Below the pieces are notes generated by a model. That model saw only the letters and a program-made list of their open reading frames with translations, ran no database searches and was not told where the DNA came from. A program made the position numbers and the translations under genes. A stretch of 64,000 nt of DNA from Felis catus (lineage: Eukaryota): positions 137,394,001-137,458,000 of the forward strand of contig NC_058368.1 of NCBI RefSeq assembly GCF_018350175.1. Direction: 5' to 3'. Shown piece by piece: positions 52,096 to 64,000 of this stretch. Numbering within the stretch: position 1 is the first letter of the stretch; each line of letters begins with the position of its first letter.

Positions 52096-52473
52096 CTCTT
52101 CCTTCCCCTCATTTGTCCAAGAAACTCAGGGACTATCCTTCTTACCAGTACACTGTGTTACTGCTGATATCTAGCGCTACACAGTTGCACAAGGTGCACT
52201 GAGGTCTCTGCTCAGGCCTCAGCAAATCTTCAAGGGAGACCAAGCCCACCCCCCTATATTCTTAGCTCACCCAAAGGTGCCTCTTCTCTTAGGCTCCTAT
52301 GGTTATAATCCCTAGTGCTCTGTTCTCCCAGTTCCCATACTTAGCCAGCTCCTAGGGGGCTAGCTGCTCCCGGAAGCCCTGAGTTTTATAAGTGGCTCTG
52401 GAATCTACTCCCCCAGGGACCCAAAGACCTCTGTGCTAATGGAAGAAACATCCTGTGAACCGAGGTCAGTTTC

Positions 52474-52654
52474 CTGCCTGTTCTTTGACGTGGCATCATC
52501 TCTTCCTCCAGAATGAGATGTACTTTCCAGTGGACTCTCTTATCATGCTGTCTGTGAAAGAAACATAAAACACCTGACAGGTTGTTGAAGGGTTTACAGT
52601 GCTAGTGATCACAGGGAACCCAACACAGTTTTCAAAAGTAAGAAAAGACAGGGG
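52474..52654 (+). repeat. Left arm of ~180-bp inverted repeat
   Basis: Reverse complement of 53839-54015 by manual alignment. Confidence 0.95.
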
Positions 52655-52658
52655 TGTC

Positions 52659-52866
52659 TTTTTTTTTTTTTTAATATATTTTGAGAGAGAGAGAGAACAA
52701 GTGGGCAGGGGCCATGAGAGAGGGAGACAGAAACTCAAGCAGGCTCCCTGCCGTCAGCACAGATCCTGATGTGGGACTTTGAACTCACGAACCACGAGAT
52801 CATGACCTGAGCAGAAATCAAGAGTTGGACGCTTAAGCCATGGACCTGAGCCACCCAGGCACCCCT
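52659..52866 (-). mobile_element. Can-SINE
   Basis: Poly-T start, ends ccacccaggcacccc. Confidence 0.88.
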
Positions 52867-53554
52867 CTTGTCACTTTTCTTGAAAGGACCGAAAGAGACA
52901 GAGACAAAGAGGGGGTAGGGGGAGAGAGAAATAGAAAAAGAAAAAGAAAAAGGAAAAAATTGAATTTCTTTGAGAGGTTCAGAACAAACAGTTCATGTAT
53001 TCATTTAATAAATGTTTATTGGTTTTTAGCTATATGCCAGGCACTCTTCTAGGTGCATTATTTTGCAATTGTCATTGTCTCTATTGTTTTCTTTCTTATG
53101 AGTCTATATTAGATTGTGAATTTCTTAAAAGCAGAGGTAGTCTTTTCATTGTATTAAGTGCCCGATAATTGTCTATTGCCTGAATAAATGAGAGGAGAGA
53201 GTTAGTGAAAGACTTAGGGCAGATTTGGCCCAATTACATCTATATTCAAATGAAAACAAAGAACAGTGATTGCTCTTTAAATTGTACAATGTTATTACAT
53301 TAAAATAAATTTAGATGTTTAGTAATTGTCATAATCTCACCACCCTAACACAGTTTTCATGCTTGCTTTTGATTTTTGTCCATTTGCACTCATAGTTTTT
53401 TATACACATAACTTTAATGTATTTCCCATTTCATCTTCTGCCTTTCCACTTATTAAGGACAAACATATTTATGTTTTTACATTATCATACTTTGTACATT
53501 TATGACTTTCTGTAATTTACCAATTTCTCTTTTCTTACTTTATAAAAATTTAAA

Positions 53555-53772
53555 GGGGCGCCTGGGTGGCTCAGTCGGTTGAGCGACTGACTTCGGCTCA
53601 GGTCATGATCTCACGGTTTGTGAGTTCGAGCCCCGCGTCCGGCTCTGTGCTGACAGCTCAGAGCCTGGAGCCTGCTTCTGATTCTGTGTCTCCTTCTCTC
53701 TCTCCCTGCCCCTCCCCCACTCATGCTCTGTCTCTCTCTCTGTCTCAGAAATAAACAAACATTAAAAAAAAA
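53555..53772 (+). mobile_element. Can-SINE, followed by a short minus-strand SINE fragment (~53775-53833)
   Basis: ggggcgcctgggtggctcagtcgg head. Confidence 0.9.
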
Positions 53773-53838
53773 TTTTTTAAGTAATCTCTACACCCAATGA
53801 GGGGCTCAAACTCATGACCTCGAGATCAAGAAATGCGT

Positions 53839-54015
53839 CCCCTGTCTCTTCTTTTGAAAACTGTTTGGGTTCCCTGTGATCACTAGCACTGCAAACCTCT
53901 GAACAACCTGTCAGGTGTTTTATGTTTCTTTCACAGACAGCATGATAAGCAGAGTCCACTGGGAAGTACATCTCATTCTGGAGGAAGAGATGATGCCACA
54001 TCAAAGAGCAGGCAG
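53839..54015 (-). repeat. Right arm of ~180-bp inverted repeat
   Basis: Reverse complement of 52474-52654. Confidence 0.95.
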
Positions 54016-54489
54016 TCAATTCCAGGTACACTCAGGAGAGAAGAAGGGTGTGCCTAGCAAGCCGCTCTGAAATGAGAAGAGTGTGTGCAGGGTGATATTT
54101 AGCTCCGTTCTGCACTTTTGATTAGCATGTTTCTGTCTCCTGGCCCTTGTATAGCAGCCTGCCTGGATACCATCTGCCAAGCTTTTGCGTTTCTTTCTGT
54201 TTTGCGTCAAGTTTTTGCTTTCAGTATGCTGCTATTGAGTAAGGAAAACCAAGAGAACACCAGACTTCAGGGATCTACTGCTTTCTCTTCTGCCTTTTAA
54301 TGACCTCAGTCCTTTTGCGGCTTGTTATCATCAAGTACAAGATAAGTACAGAGGACTACCGCATCTGACACAGGATGCTCCCCTTTCAAGAAGTTAGGCA
54401 ATAGGAGAGGTTTATAAAAGCTTCTCATTTGCAAAATGGGAAAAATGTGTTTTACTTTATAGGCAACTCTTCTGAAAGAGAACTAGTTT

Positions 54490-55585
54490 TATTTATTTAT
54501 TAAAAAAAATTTTTTTAATGTTTATTTTTGAGAGAGAGCGAGCTAGAGCACCAGCGGGAGAGAGAGAGATTCACAGAATATGAAGCAGGCTCCAGGCTCT
54601 GAGCTGTCAGCACAGAGGCTGATGTGGGTCTTAACTCATGAACCATGAGGTCATGACCTGAGCCAAAGGCAGACACTTAACTGACAGAGGCACCCAGGCA
54701 CCCCTAGAACAGAACTAGTTTAAAGGAAGTAATGAGAAAGCGGCCTTTATAACTAACTGTTGATTAAGGGGGTGTGAGCTGTGAAACCAAGATGGGAAAT
54801 AAGAGATCAAGCTAAGGAATAAAAAGGGGATGTTCTCTGAGTATCTTGTCCTCAAATGTTGGAGACAAAGTCATATTTTTGTAAACCAGAGAATGTAGAT
54901 TTATTTTGTGTTAATTTCTCCTGTCTTATTTGCTACCACTTGTCAAATTATATTATAGCTGTTATGTTATAGCTTTGGTTATAGCATACGTGTTTGGAGC
55001 AGAGTTTAATGCCGACCAACAGCGTCCTCTGGAAGCATGTTCATAGGAGGTATAATTAGAGAGAGATCCTACGAGGAAGATGAATCTGGTGGTGGGGACA
55101 CCCAAAAGTTGAAGGCCAACTTGTTTAGAGGCCCTTCGCAAGAGGAGATCTCCTCTGGGAGCCAATCTTGACTTTATGATCTCAATTTAATTTTATTTTT
55201 ATTACAAAAGGCAGCTTATCCTTTAAGAAGTATACTCAAGTATACTCAAGCCCCAAAGAATTCTTTCGAAAATATTTAAAATAGTGTGAGAAAATTAACT
55301 CAAGTAGAACATCAATAATGCTATTTTTATAAGCTCTAAGATCTAGCACCATATGCAATTAAGAGTATGAGTAACAGATGAATGGGTTTACTGCATATTC
55401 AAAGTCTTATCCACCTTGACATTTCTGTGATAGGTTCAATCATTCATCCATTGTTCCGCCATTTATTGAGTGACTTAAGTGCCAGGCAAGGAGTGGAACA
55501 CTGTTATTTGTGTCAGTTTTTTTTTTAAGTTTATTTATTTTGAGAGAGACAGAGAGGGTGCAAGTGGGGGAGGAGGAGGAGGAGG

Positions 55586-55622
<37 letters not shown>

Positions 55623-57456
55623 CTCAAGCAGGCTGCACGTTGTCAGTGCAGAGCTTGATGTGGGCTCAAACTCATGAAACTGTGAGATGATGACCTGAGC
55701 TGAAATCAAGAGTCAGATGCCAACTGACTAAGCCACCCAGGCGCTCTTGTGTCAGTTTTTAATAGTTTTGGAATGTGTTTGGATGAGTAAGGACTAAGTG
55801 TTTGGGTCACAAATACTTAATGGCACATATAAGTGAGCTACCCTCTCAGGGCTTTATCTATGCTCTGCCAGATTGTATGTGCATCCCAGGAAGCTTGACT
55901 CGAGAGAACAGAATGTAGCTAATACCACCCACATTTTTCTTCTACTTCACCATCCTGTCTGAAATTTAGTCACCTTAGTCACTGTTTACAATAAATTTCC
56001 ACAATTTAAATATCAGGCAATTACGGCATTTTGGTGTTTTAGGTATGGTGTTTTGGCCCCAATGAACCTTGTAAGTACCTAAAATACACAGAATATTTAT
56101 CTTTGTGGTAAGCCTGCCTCTAATATTTATGGGACCAGAGGTAGGAGTACAAACGGAGACTAGCGTACCATGCACAGTTATTTGAGTACTGGGCTAAATT
56201 GTCAGTGTTGCAACACTAAAAAAAGGAAAATCTGTTCTTGATACCACTTTGTTATGTAAAACGGTACTTTGTTAGACAAGAATCTATTGCATTCATGTTG
56301 GGAGGAATAATTCAACAAGTTAACTAATTTGTCTTTTAAGCGTTTCTGTTGCTCAGATTCTGTCTGAACTCCAAAGCAGTCTCTCTGTGATATGCCCAGC
56401 TATCCCACCCACAGATTTTCACAGTATCTTGGAGTTCTACCTTTTGTTTTGAGGACACAGCGCAAGGGCTACGGAGAAGTGTTTCTCACGGGCCTGAATA
56501 AGTGTTGGTCATGGGAGAGGGTATATGTAGTTATGGGCCAGAGTTCAGCCTCAGCTCGAGAGTGTCAGAGGCACCTATTAGTTTTTTAATAAATAATATG
56601 TTAGTAATATGTAAGGTCTTTTAAAGTATGGGTCCAAGATAAGACTTCTCCTCCCCAGGTCTAAGCTGGGTAGTGCCTAGGATTTTAATGCCATGCTTAC
56701 TTGTAGAGTGATCTAGATGGTTGTATATATTTTTAGAATTTCTTCAGGATGAAGAAAGACAGTGCTAGACTAATGGTTTAGAGAGTTGTAGCAAATTTCT
56801 AAGTTAGACTTATGTTAGACTTGAGTCAGATGCAAATGATAGTTTCATGAAGACTTTTTAAAGAAAAGGAAATAGCAAACATATACAAAAAGAGTATAGT
56901 ACTGTATAGTGAACCACCATATTTCCATTACCTAGCTCTCAACAATTATCAACTCGTGGTCAATCCTGTTTCATCAATACTCCCATTCGTTGTTTCTTCT
57001 TCATGGTTATTTAAAAATTTTTTTTAATGTTTATTTTTGAGAGAGAGAGAGAGAGAGAGAAAGCATGAAGGGGAGAGGGACAGAGAGAGAGGGAGACCCA
57101 GAATTTGAAGCAGACTCCAGGCTCCGAGCTGTCAGCACAGAGCCCCTCACAGGGCTCAAACTCACAAACCGTGAGACCTGAGCCAAAATCAGACGGTCAA
57201 CCAACTGAGCCACAGGGATCCCCCCATGGTTATTTTAAAGCAAATCCTAGATGTGTTATCATTACATCCTATATATTTCTAAAAGATATTCTTTAAAAAG
57301 ATACCATCACAATACCATTATCCAATTATTCCCAATTCAACAAATACTTTACAGGTTCACCCAGGTGCAAGGCGCTATGTGATTTTTGCTTTTTTATTTT
57401 TTTGTTATCATTTTTTTTTTATTTGAGAGAGAGAGTGCAAGTCGGGGAATAGGGCA

Positions 57457-57498
<42 letters not shown>

Positions 57499-57660
57499 AC
57501 GAGGTGGGGTGGGGAGGGGGGGGAGGGAGGGGGAAAATTCCAAGCCGGGTCCACACTCAGCACTAAGCCTGAAGTGGGTCTCTGTCCCACCAGCCTGGGA
57601 TCATGACCTGAGCCGAACTCAACAGTCTGACACTCAAGCAACTGAGCCATCCTGGCACCG
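54490..57660 (-). mobile_element. Four dispersed minus-strand Can-SINEs (~54490-54704, ~55517-55746, ~57018-57224, ~57410-57659)
   Basis: Each has a poly-T/(GA)n start and a gagccac...cc end. Confidence 0.85.
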
Positions 57661-58699
57661 GGGTTTTTGCTTTTGAGGTTGAAAAAACACTGTTGTAGTG
57701 TTCATTATGTTTCAATCGCAAGATCTGAGGAGGTGTAATATATGTATATAGTTAAAACTGCACTAAATCTATTAGTGAGGTTTGGCTTCAAGAACTGTAG
57801 ACTTTGCATCTAGCTGACCTGGTGACAGTGAACTTGAGGCCTATCCACGAGGATTTCATTTTTTTCCCCTAACCTCTGGAAAGCAAGGTGTGGGAAAGGG
57901 ATTTAGTTTATGTTATACCAGGACGTGTTTAAACTTGTTTCTTTTTCCAAAATGTACAAGTTGCTAAGAGAACTAGGGGCTTAAATGAACAAGTCCTGGA
58001 AGAGACTTTTTTTTTTAACTGCCTGGATCAGGGAAATTCCTTCCTTCGGGGCCACGTTCCTGCTGTCGCCCGGACTGGCTGGTTTGCTCCTGGCGTGCTA
58101 GAGGTCAGCGGTTTGGGCAGGGGACTTCGTGCTTGGGTCTCCCGCAGCTCCAGCGACTCTCAGGCGACACTGGGCGTCTCCTCCTTTTCCGGCCTCGGAA
58201 GGTTTTGTTTTGGTTCTTAGTTCCTTGTTAAGGAAAGGCACCCTGTTGACCAAAGGTTTCCCTGTCTCCTCCCGGTGGCTAGACGCCAAGTTTCTCCTAT
58301 CCCAGCTCGACCAGACTTGGGTTCCTTCAAGATCCTCGAAGGCCGGGGAAGCAAGTCTTGAGAAGAGGAAGAAAGCAGGCAGCCAGGCTGTCGTACCCAA
58401 TGCCATTGGCCAGCTCATTTCTTCGCCCCGTTCCTGGGCCAGTACCTATTGTACCGCAAAGGGTGCGGGCAGTCTCCCAAGTGACTCCTCAAGAACCCGG
58501 TTCTCCACCATTCCCAAGAGAATACTCAATTTGGCCCAGCCCGCGCTCGCGCGGGATAAAAAGGAAGGTGACCAAATCCCAGGAATGGGACGCGGGGCGC
58601 ATGCGCAACCAAGGCGGTGGCATTCAAGAGCTCGCCCGCGACGGCAGCCGCTAGGTGGCGCATGCGCCCTGGAGGGTGCGGGCCGGTCTCCGGGAAGAA

Positions 58700-58741
<42 letters not shown>
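58700..58741 (+). repeat. (GGC)14 trinucleotide repeat in the FCHO2 5' leader
   Basis: Uninterrupted repeat read directly. Confidence 0.95.
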
Positions 58742-58743
<2 letters not shown>

Positions 58744-58825
58744 GGAAAGGCGGGGGCGCCGTGGGGGCCGGGCCCGTGTTTACACAGCGGCGGGCGGACG
58801 CGGAACCCGGCGCGGTGGCGGCAGG

Positions 58826-58858
58826 ATGGTCATGGCGCATTTCGTCGAGAATTTTTGG
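58826..58858 (+). CDS. FCHO2: FCHO2 (F-BAR domain only protein 2) first coding exon, MVMAHFVENFW
   Basis: Matches recalled FCHO2 N-terminus (human MVMAYFVENFW); good Kozak aggATGg; donor gtaaga at 58859; TNPO1-FCHO2 synteny. Confidence 0.93.
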
Positions 58859-59989
58859 GTAAGAGAGGGAGGTTGGAAATTGTGTGCGTTTTGGGGTGTG
58901 AGGCTTTCTGCGCCTGACGTCGGCCTGTGTGCGCTCCGGGCGGCGGCTGCGGCGGCGGCGGTGGTGGCGGCGGTGGCGGCTAAGGCTTCGCGGGAAGGGC
59001 TAGCGTCCTCGTACCGCCGCCGGCTGGGTCCCGCCTGGATGAAGCCAGGCGGGCGACGGGCCGCCGGACGCCGGGTCTCACAGGCTCCCAGCGCTTGCGG
59101 GGGCGAGGACTGTCAGCGCGGCCCCTCAGCCCACGGTGGGGGCGCCAAGGGGCCGCTCGCCGCCCGCTCTGGGACAAAGCGCCGGATGGGGCGGGAGACG
59201 GGACCCAGCCCCGCCGGAGGCTCTGGGCGCCGGGCGCGCCCCGCCGCTCGGACGGGGACGCCGGGCCCGTGGCGCGGCCGCCTCCCGCTGCGCGCTGCCG
59301 GCGAGCGCCAGCCCGAGCCGGGCGGTGGGGGGTGCTCGCTTCCTTCCCGCACCGCAGCCCCCATCTTAGCCCTTTTGCCCCCCACCATTTCCATGCGAAA
59401 TCCTTTGCGGGCTTGGCCTGGATCAGCACTTCCTCTCGGCCTCGCAGCTCCGCTCTTCGGTCTGCGCCCAGGACTTTGCCTCTGGGCCTGTTCACAAAGC
59501 GTATAAAAGTTGAATTTAATGTAACTGAATTCCTTGGGCTTAAGTGCACGAAAGACTTCCCCTTGTGCCCTGTGCTCTTTCCCCTTCCTCATTCTTTCCA
59601 CACCCCTCCTAACTCAGTATTATTAGGTGGTTCTTTGAGAATGACTTCCCCGGCTCCGTGTGGAGTGTTTTTCTGCAGTTATTGTTTGTTGTAATGGGAA
59701 GTGCAGTTCGGCCGTGTACAGGAAAGTAACATGTTTACTCAGGTATCTGGGGTGAATTTCATTTTTTGTCCTAACATTTGCAAATACTACAGTTCCATTT
59801 TAGTTAAAATTTGTGAATATCTAAAGGAATAATCTTTCAGTGACTAGGAGGTGTGTCTTAAATTCTTATTTTTAAGTGTCTCACATAGACTTAGTAATCA
59901 AATCAGTTCAGAGTTATTTGTTTTGAATATTTCTTGTTTTCTGCAAGTGATATAAACACTAGACAGGGTTTTCTTTAAAAAAAAAAGCA

Positions 59990-62225
59990 TTAGGTTACAG
60001 TGCACATACTATATATACAGTGCACTCATTTAAGTGTATAATTCAGGGGTTTTCATATGTTCAGTTACATCACCATCAGTTTAGAACAGTTTCATCACCT
60101 TAGAAAGAATCCCTGTATCCATTAGCAGTCATTACCTCTTTCCCCCCTAACTTAGCCCTAGGCAACTTATTAATCTATACATTTCTACCTCTGTAGATTT
60201 GTCTCTTTTGGACATGTCATATAAATGGGATCATATGTGTTCTGTGTGACTGGCTTCTTTCCTAAGCATGTTTCCAAAGTTCATCCATGGTATAGCATGT
60301 ATCAGCACTTAATTCCATTTTATGGCCAAACGTTCCATTGTATGTATATACCACATTTTATCTGTTCATCAGTGATGGACGTTTGGTTGTTTCCACCTTT
60401 TTTTTTTTCTATTTTGAATAATACTGCTATTTTTTGGTACAGGTGTTTGGGTGGAAATATGTCTTTATTTCTTTTGGGAATAGAATTGCTGGGTCATATT
60501 GTTACTCTTTAACATTTTGAGGAATGGCCAACCTGTTCTCCAAAGTGGGTGCACGTTTTACAGTCCCAGTGTCTGATGTTCCAGTTTTTCTACATGCTGG
60601 GGAATGCTGTCTTTTTTTATTATAGTGGATGGGTGTGAAGTAGTATCTCACTGTGGTTTTGATTTCCAATTCTCTGGGGGCTAATAATGTTGAACATCTA
60701 TTCATGTGCTTATTTATATATTTTATTTGGAGGAGTATCCGTCGACTCACTGCCCATTTTTAGATTCGGTTATTTGTGTTTTTATCATTGAGTTGTAAGA
60801 GTTCTTTTTATATTGTGGTTAGTCTTTTATCAGATAGATGACTTTGTTAATATTTTCTATTTTGTGGGCTGTCTTCTTCATTTTCTTGAAGGTGCCTGTT
60901 TTAAACATGTATTTATTTGTTTTTAAAAATTATTTTTAATTGAAGTATAGTTGACATATTAGTTTCAGGTGTACAGTATTTGATAATTACATGTATTATG
61001 AAATGCTCACCAGTGTAAGTGCTCTTACTGTCTTACAGTGTTGCAGTATTATTGATAGATTTGGTAAGGTGTACTTTTCATCCTCTTGATTTACTTTTTA
61101 ACTGTAAGTTTGTACCTCTTAATCATCTATTTCACCTATCTCCCACCCCCCTCTTTTCTGGCTACCACCAGTTTTTTCTCTGGATTTACCAGTGTTTTCT
61201 GTTTCTTTTTCTTCAGTTGTTTTTAGATTCAACATATAAGTGAAATCATACGGTATTTGTGTTTGTCTGACTTGTTTCTCTTAGCATAATGTACCTTAGA
61301 TCCATCCCTGTCACAAATGGCAAGATTTCATTCTTTTTTAATGGCTGAGTAATAGTCCATTGTGTATACATACCACATTTTCTTTATTCATCTATGGATG
61401 GACACTTGGGTTCCTTCCATATCTTGGCTATTATAAATCATGCTGTAGTAAACATAGGTGTTCATATATCTTTTTGAATTCATGTTTTCATTTTCTCAGG
61501 TATGCACCCAGAGGTGGAATTGCCGGATTGTATGGTATTTGTTTTTTTTCATTTTTTGACAAATAGTGTTTCCACAGTGGCTGCACACAAATACACATTC
61601 CCACCAACAGTATGCGACTGTTCCTTTTTCTCCATGTCCTTGCCAACACTTTTTGTGTCTTGTGTTTTTGATAATCGCCGTTCCATCTGGTGTGAGGTAG
61701 CTTGATACTATCCTTTGAAGCATTGAAGTTTTAAATTTTGATGAAGTCCAGCTTAATTTATTTGTAATCATTTATGCTTTGTTTTATTTAAGAAGTTTTT
61801 CCTAACCCACAGTCACAAAGAGTATATACACGAATGTTTTCTTCTATGGGTTTTATAGTTTTAGCTCTTACATTTAGGCCTGTGATCCATTTGAGGTCAG
61901 TTTTTGTGTGTGGTGTCAGAAGGAGGTTCAGCTTCATTCTAGTCCCAGTGCCATTTGTTGAAAGGCTCTTCTCTTTTAGTTAAATAGTCGTGGCTCCCTT
62001 GTCAAAAATCAGTTGACCATAGGAGTATGGGTTTATTTCTTGACTTTCACTTATATTCCATTGTCCATCCTTATACTAGTTCTACACTGTTTTGATTATT
62101 ATAGCTTTGCAGCAAGTTTAGAATCAAGAAGTGAGAGTCTTCCAGCTTTGGTCTTTAGCAAGATTTTTCTGCCTATTCTGGGTCCTTTGCGTTTTTTCAT
62201 GAATTTTAGGTTTAGCCTATCAATT
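59990..62225 (-). mobile_element. Old L1M fragments in FCHO2 intron 1
   Basis: Degenerate ORF2 peptides (HMNRCSTLLAPRELEIKTTVRYYFTP; KCWQGHGEKGTVAYCWWEC) and L1 3'UTR motifs. Confidence 0.8.
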
Positions 62226-63704
62226 TAATTAATTAGTTATTTAATTTTAGTTGATATGTATAACCTGTCAATTTTAGACTTTAGGTTTTACAGTGGCAAT
62301 TTATAAAACTATTGTGAGGATCATTTAAAATTGGACATTCTTGAATGTTTTGCATGGTTTTTGATAGGTGAATGTGTTCTTGAATCTTGCTGACTTAATT
62401 CCAAATTGTTCATTAAGATTTAAAAAAAAAATTATAGTTTACTGCAAATTGTACATTAACATTTTAAAGTTATTTTTTGTTTCTGTTAATTGAGCTTTGA
62501 ACATAGCCTTGTCTGATGTTTTTGGCTATTAAGAATAATGCTTTCTGTGAACATTCTTTGTATTGGTTTTTGGGTGCCCCTGTTTGTCCCTCATAAGGAA
62601 GGGACAGGAATAAATTTGGATATGAAATTTAGACAGAATTCCTAGTTTAATTTATGGTTTTGTCTTTGCCTTCACTTCCACTGTTGAATACAAATAGTAA
62701 AAAAAGATTGCATTTTATTTTACTTTCAAGCCTGGAATTGGGGCTGAAAGCTCTAAACTGGAACTTTAAAAAGCTCCAAAGGAGGACTAAATGAACTGGG
62801 CAAGACTAGGAACAGGAACTAAATCACTTCTGAGAATTTGATAGTTGTCTAAGACAACTCAAAAATGTACATATTTTAGGACCATTTATAATTTCTTAAA
62901 ATAGAGAAATTGTAATATTAATTTCACTTTTCTCCCCTAGTATTTAAAGTGGCACTGTCAGAATAAATGAAACTTGTCAAAGTGAGGTAATGGGAAACTC
63001 TGAATTTTTAAGTTTCTAATCAAACAACCTATTAATTATTGTTTTCCCTACAAAGAAAAAGACAAACCTTTTTGTTGTGGCATTTGTTAGAGGAAAGTTT
63101 GAGTCATTCAAACTATTTTCAAGCCCTTTCGAAAGCAGCACATCCTGCCTTTTTCTTTAAAGTGTAGTTTTTCTTAACTAAAACTGTATCCTATGTTACG
63201 GATTACTTAATTTTTTACTTTGAAGAGAAAATGTATTTAAAAGTTCCTACGGAACAGGTGTTTTGTTGCTGATTAGTCATTTTTTGCCACGAAGTATAGT
63301 GCCTTTGATAATCAAGTTGAAAATGTTTTTCTTTTCCATTAAAATTGGATAACAAAATTAATTTTGATAGCACAAATCCACACCATTGCCTTAATATATA
63401 AAAACAGTTGTTAACCCTTCAAAAGATAATGTCAGTTTAAAGAGTTATTGCAAATATTATAGTGAGGAAGTGTTTATGTACACTGCTTTTTCAGAGTAAG
63501 AGTAAAATTTATAATACTTTTGAGATAGTCTATGTCATCAGTGATGGCTCCATAGTAATTAAAATGGCTTTATATTTTTATATAAACCCAGATTATTTAA
63601 TTCAGGATTTAAATTTTTAATTTTTTTTTTAAATTCCAGTATAATTAGCATACAGTGTTTTTTAGTTTCAAGTGTACAGTGTAGTGATTCAGCAGTTCTC
63701 TACA

Positions 63705-63928
63705 GGGGTTCCTGGGTGGCTCAGTCCATTAAACATCCAACTTCAGCTCAGGTCATGATCTCACAGGTTGTGAGTTTGAGCCCTGCGTTGGGCTCTGGGT
63801 TGACAGCTTAGAGCCTAGAACCTGCTTTAGATTCTCTGTCTCCGTCTCTCTGTCCATACCCCTCTCATGCTCTGTCTTTGTCTCTCTCTCTCAAAAATAA
63901 ATGAAAATTAAAAAGTAATTTTAAAAAA
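63705..63928 (+). mobile_element. Can-SINE inserted into an L1 3' fragment
   Basis: ggggttcctgggtggctcagtcc head and A-rich tail. Confidence 0.88.
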
Positions 63929-64000
63929 CCAGTCCTATACATTACTCAGTACTCATCATGGTAACCGTACTCTTTAATCCCCTTCACCTGTTTCACCCAT

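Larger units (their letters stand above)
58050..59480. promoter_or_regulatory. FCHO2: CpG island / promoter of FCHO2
   Basis: Sharp rise in GC and CpG content; two GCGCATGCGC (NRF1-type) palindromes at 58597-58606 and 58658-58667. Confidence 0.92.

Noticed and set aside
58098..59694. Long overlapping ORFs (up to 283 aa) on both strands in the CpG island
   Set aside because: Expected from stop-poor GC-rich DNA; low-complexity products; they cross the FCHO2 exon 1 donor into the intron

Overview
Mammalian genomic DNA, almost certainly felid given the many young cat-type Can-SINEs (SINEC_Fc-like). On the + strand, 2381-~27240 holds the 3' half of TNPO1 (transportin-1/karyopherin beta2): 13 coding exons that I spliced by hand into one open frame ending ...LAAFYGV*, then a 3'UTR intron and a ~5.75 kb terminal exon. 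About 31 kb of repeat-rich intergenic DNA follows, then the CpG-island promoter and first coding exon (MVMAHFVENFW) of FCHO2, also on +. Exon numbers assume the 25-exon human TNPO1 model. The most notable items: (1) an apparently transposon-free TNPO1 intron (11222-14072) with candidate cryptic microexons (an 8-nt stop-containing exon, and a 6-nt in-frame/35-nt poison pair sharing one GTAAGT donor) upstream of a weakly defined, frame-shifting exon, suggesting a regulated splicing/NMD module; (2) a (GGC)14 tract in the FCHO2 leader reading as polyglycine in an open frame continuous with the FCHO2 ATG; (3) a ~180-bp inverted duplication of non-SINE sequence ~4.7 kb upstream of FCHO2; (4) hairpin and G-quadruplex motifs plus clustered miR-181 seed matches in the TNPO1 3'UTR. 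No prokaryotic-type systems or CRISPR arrays were seen. Repeat family names come from recalled consensus sequences and their boundaries are approximate.
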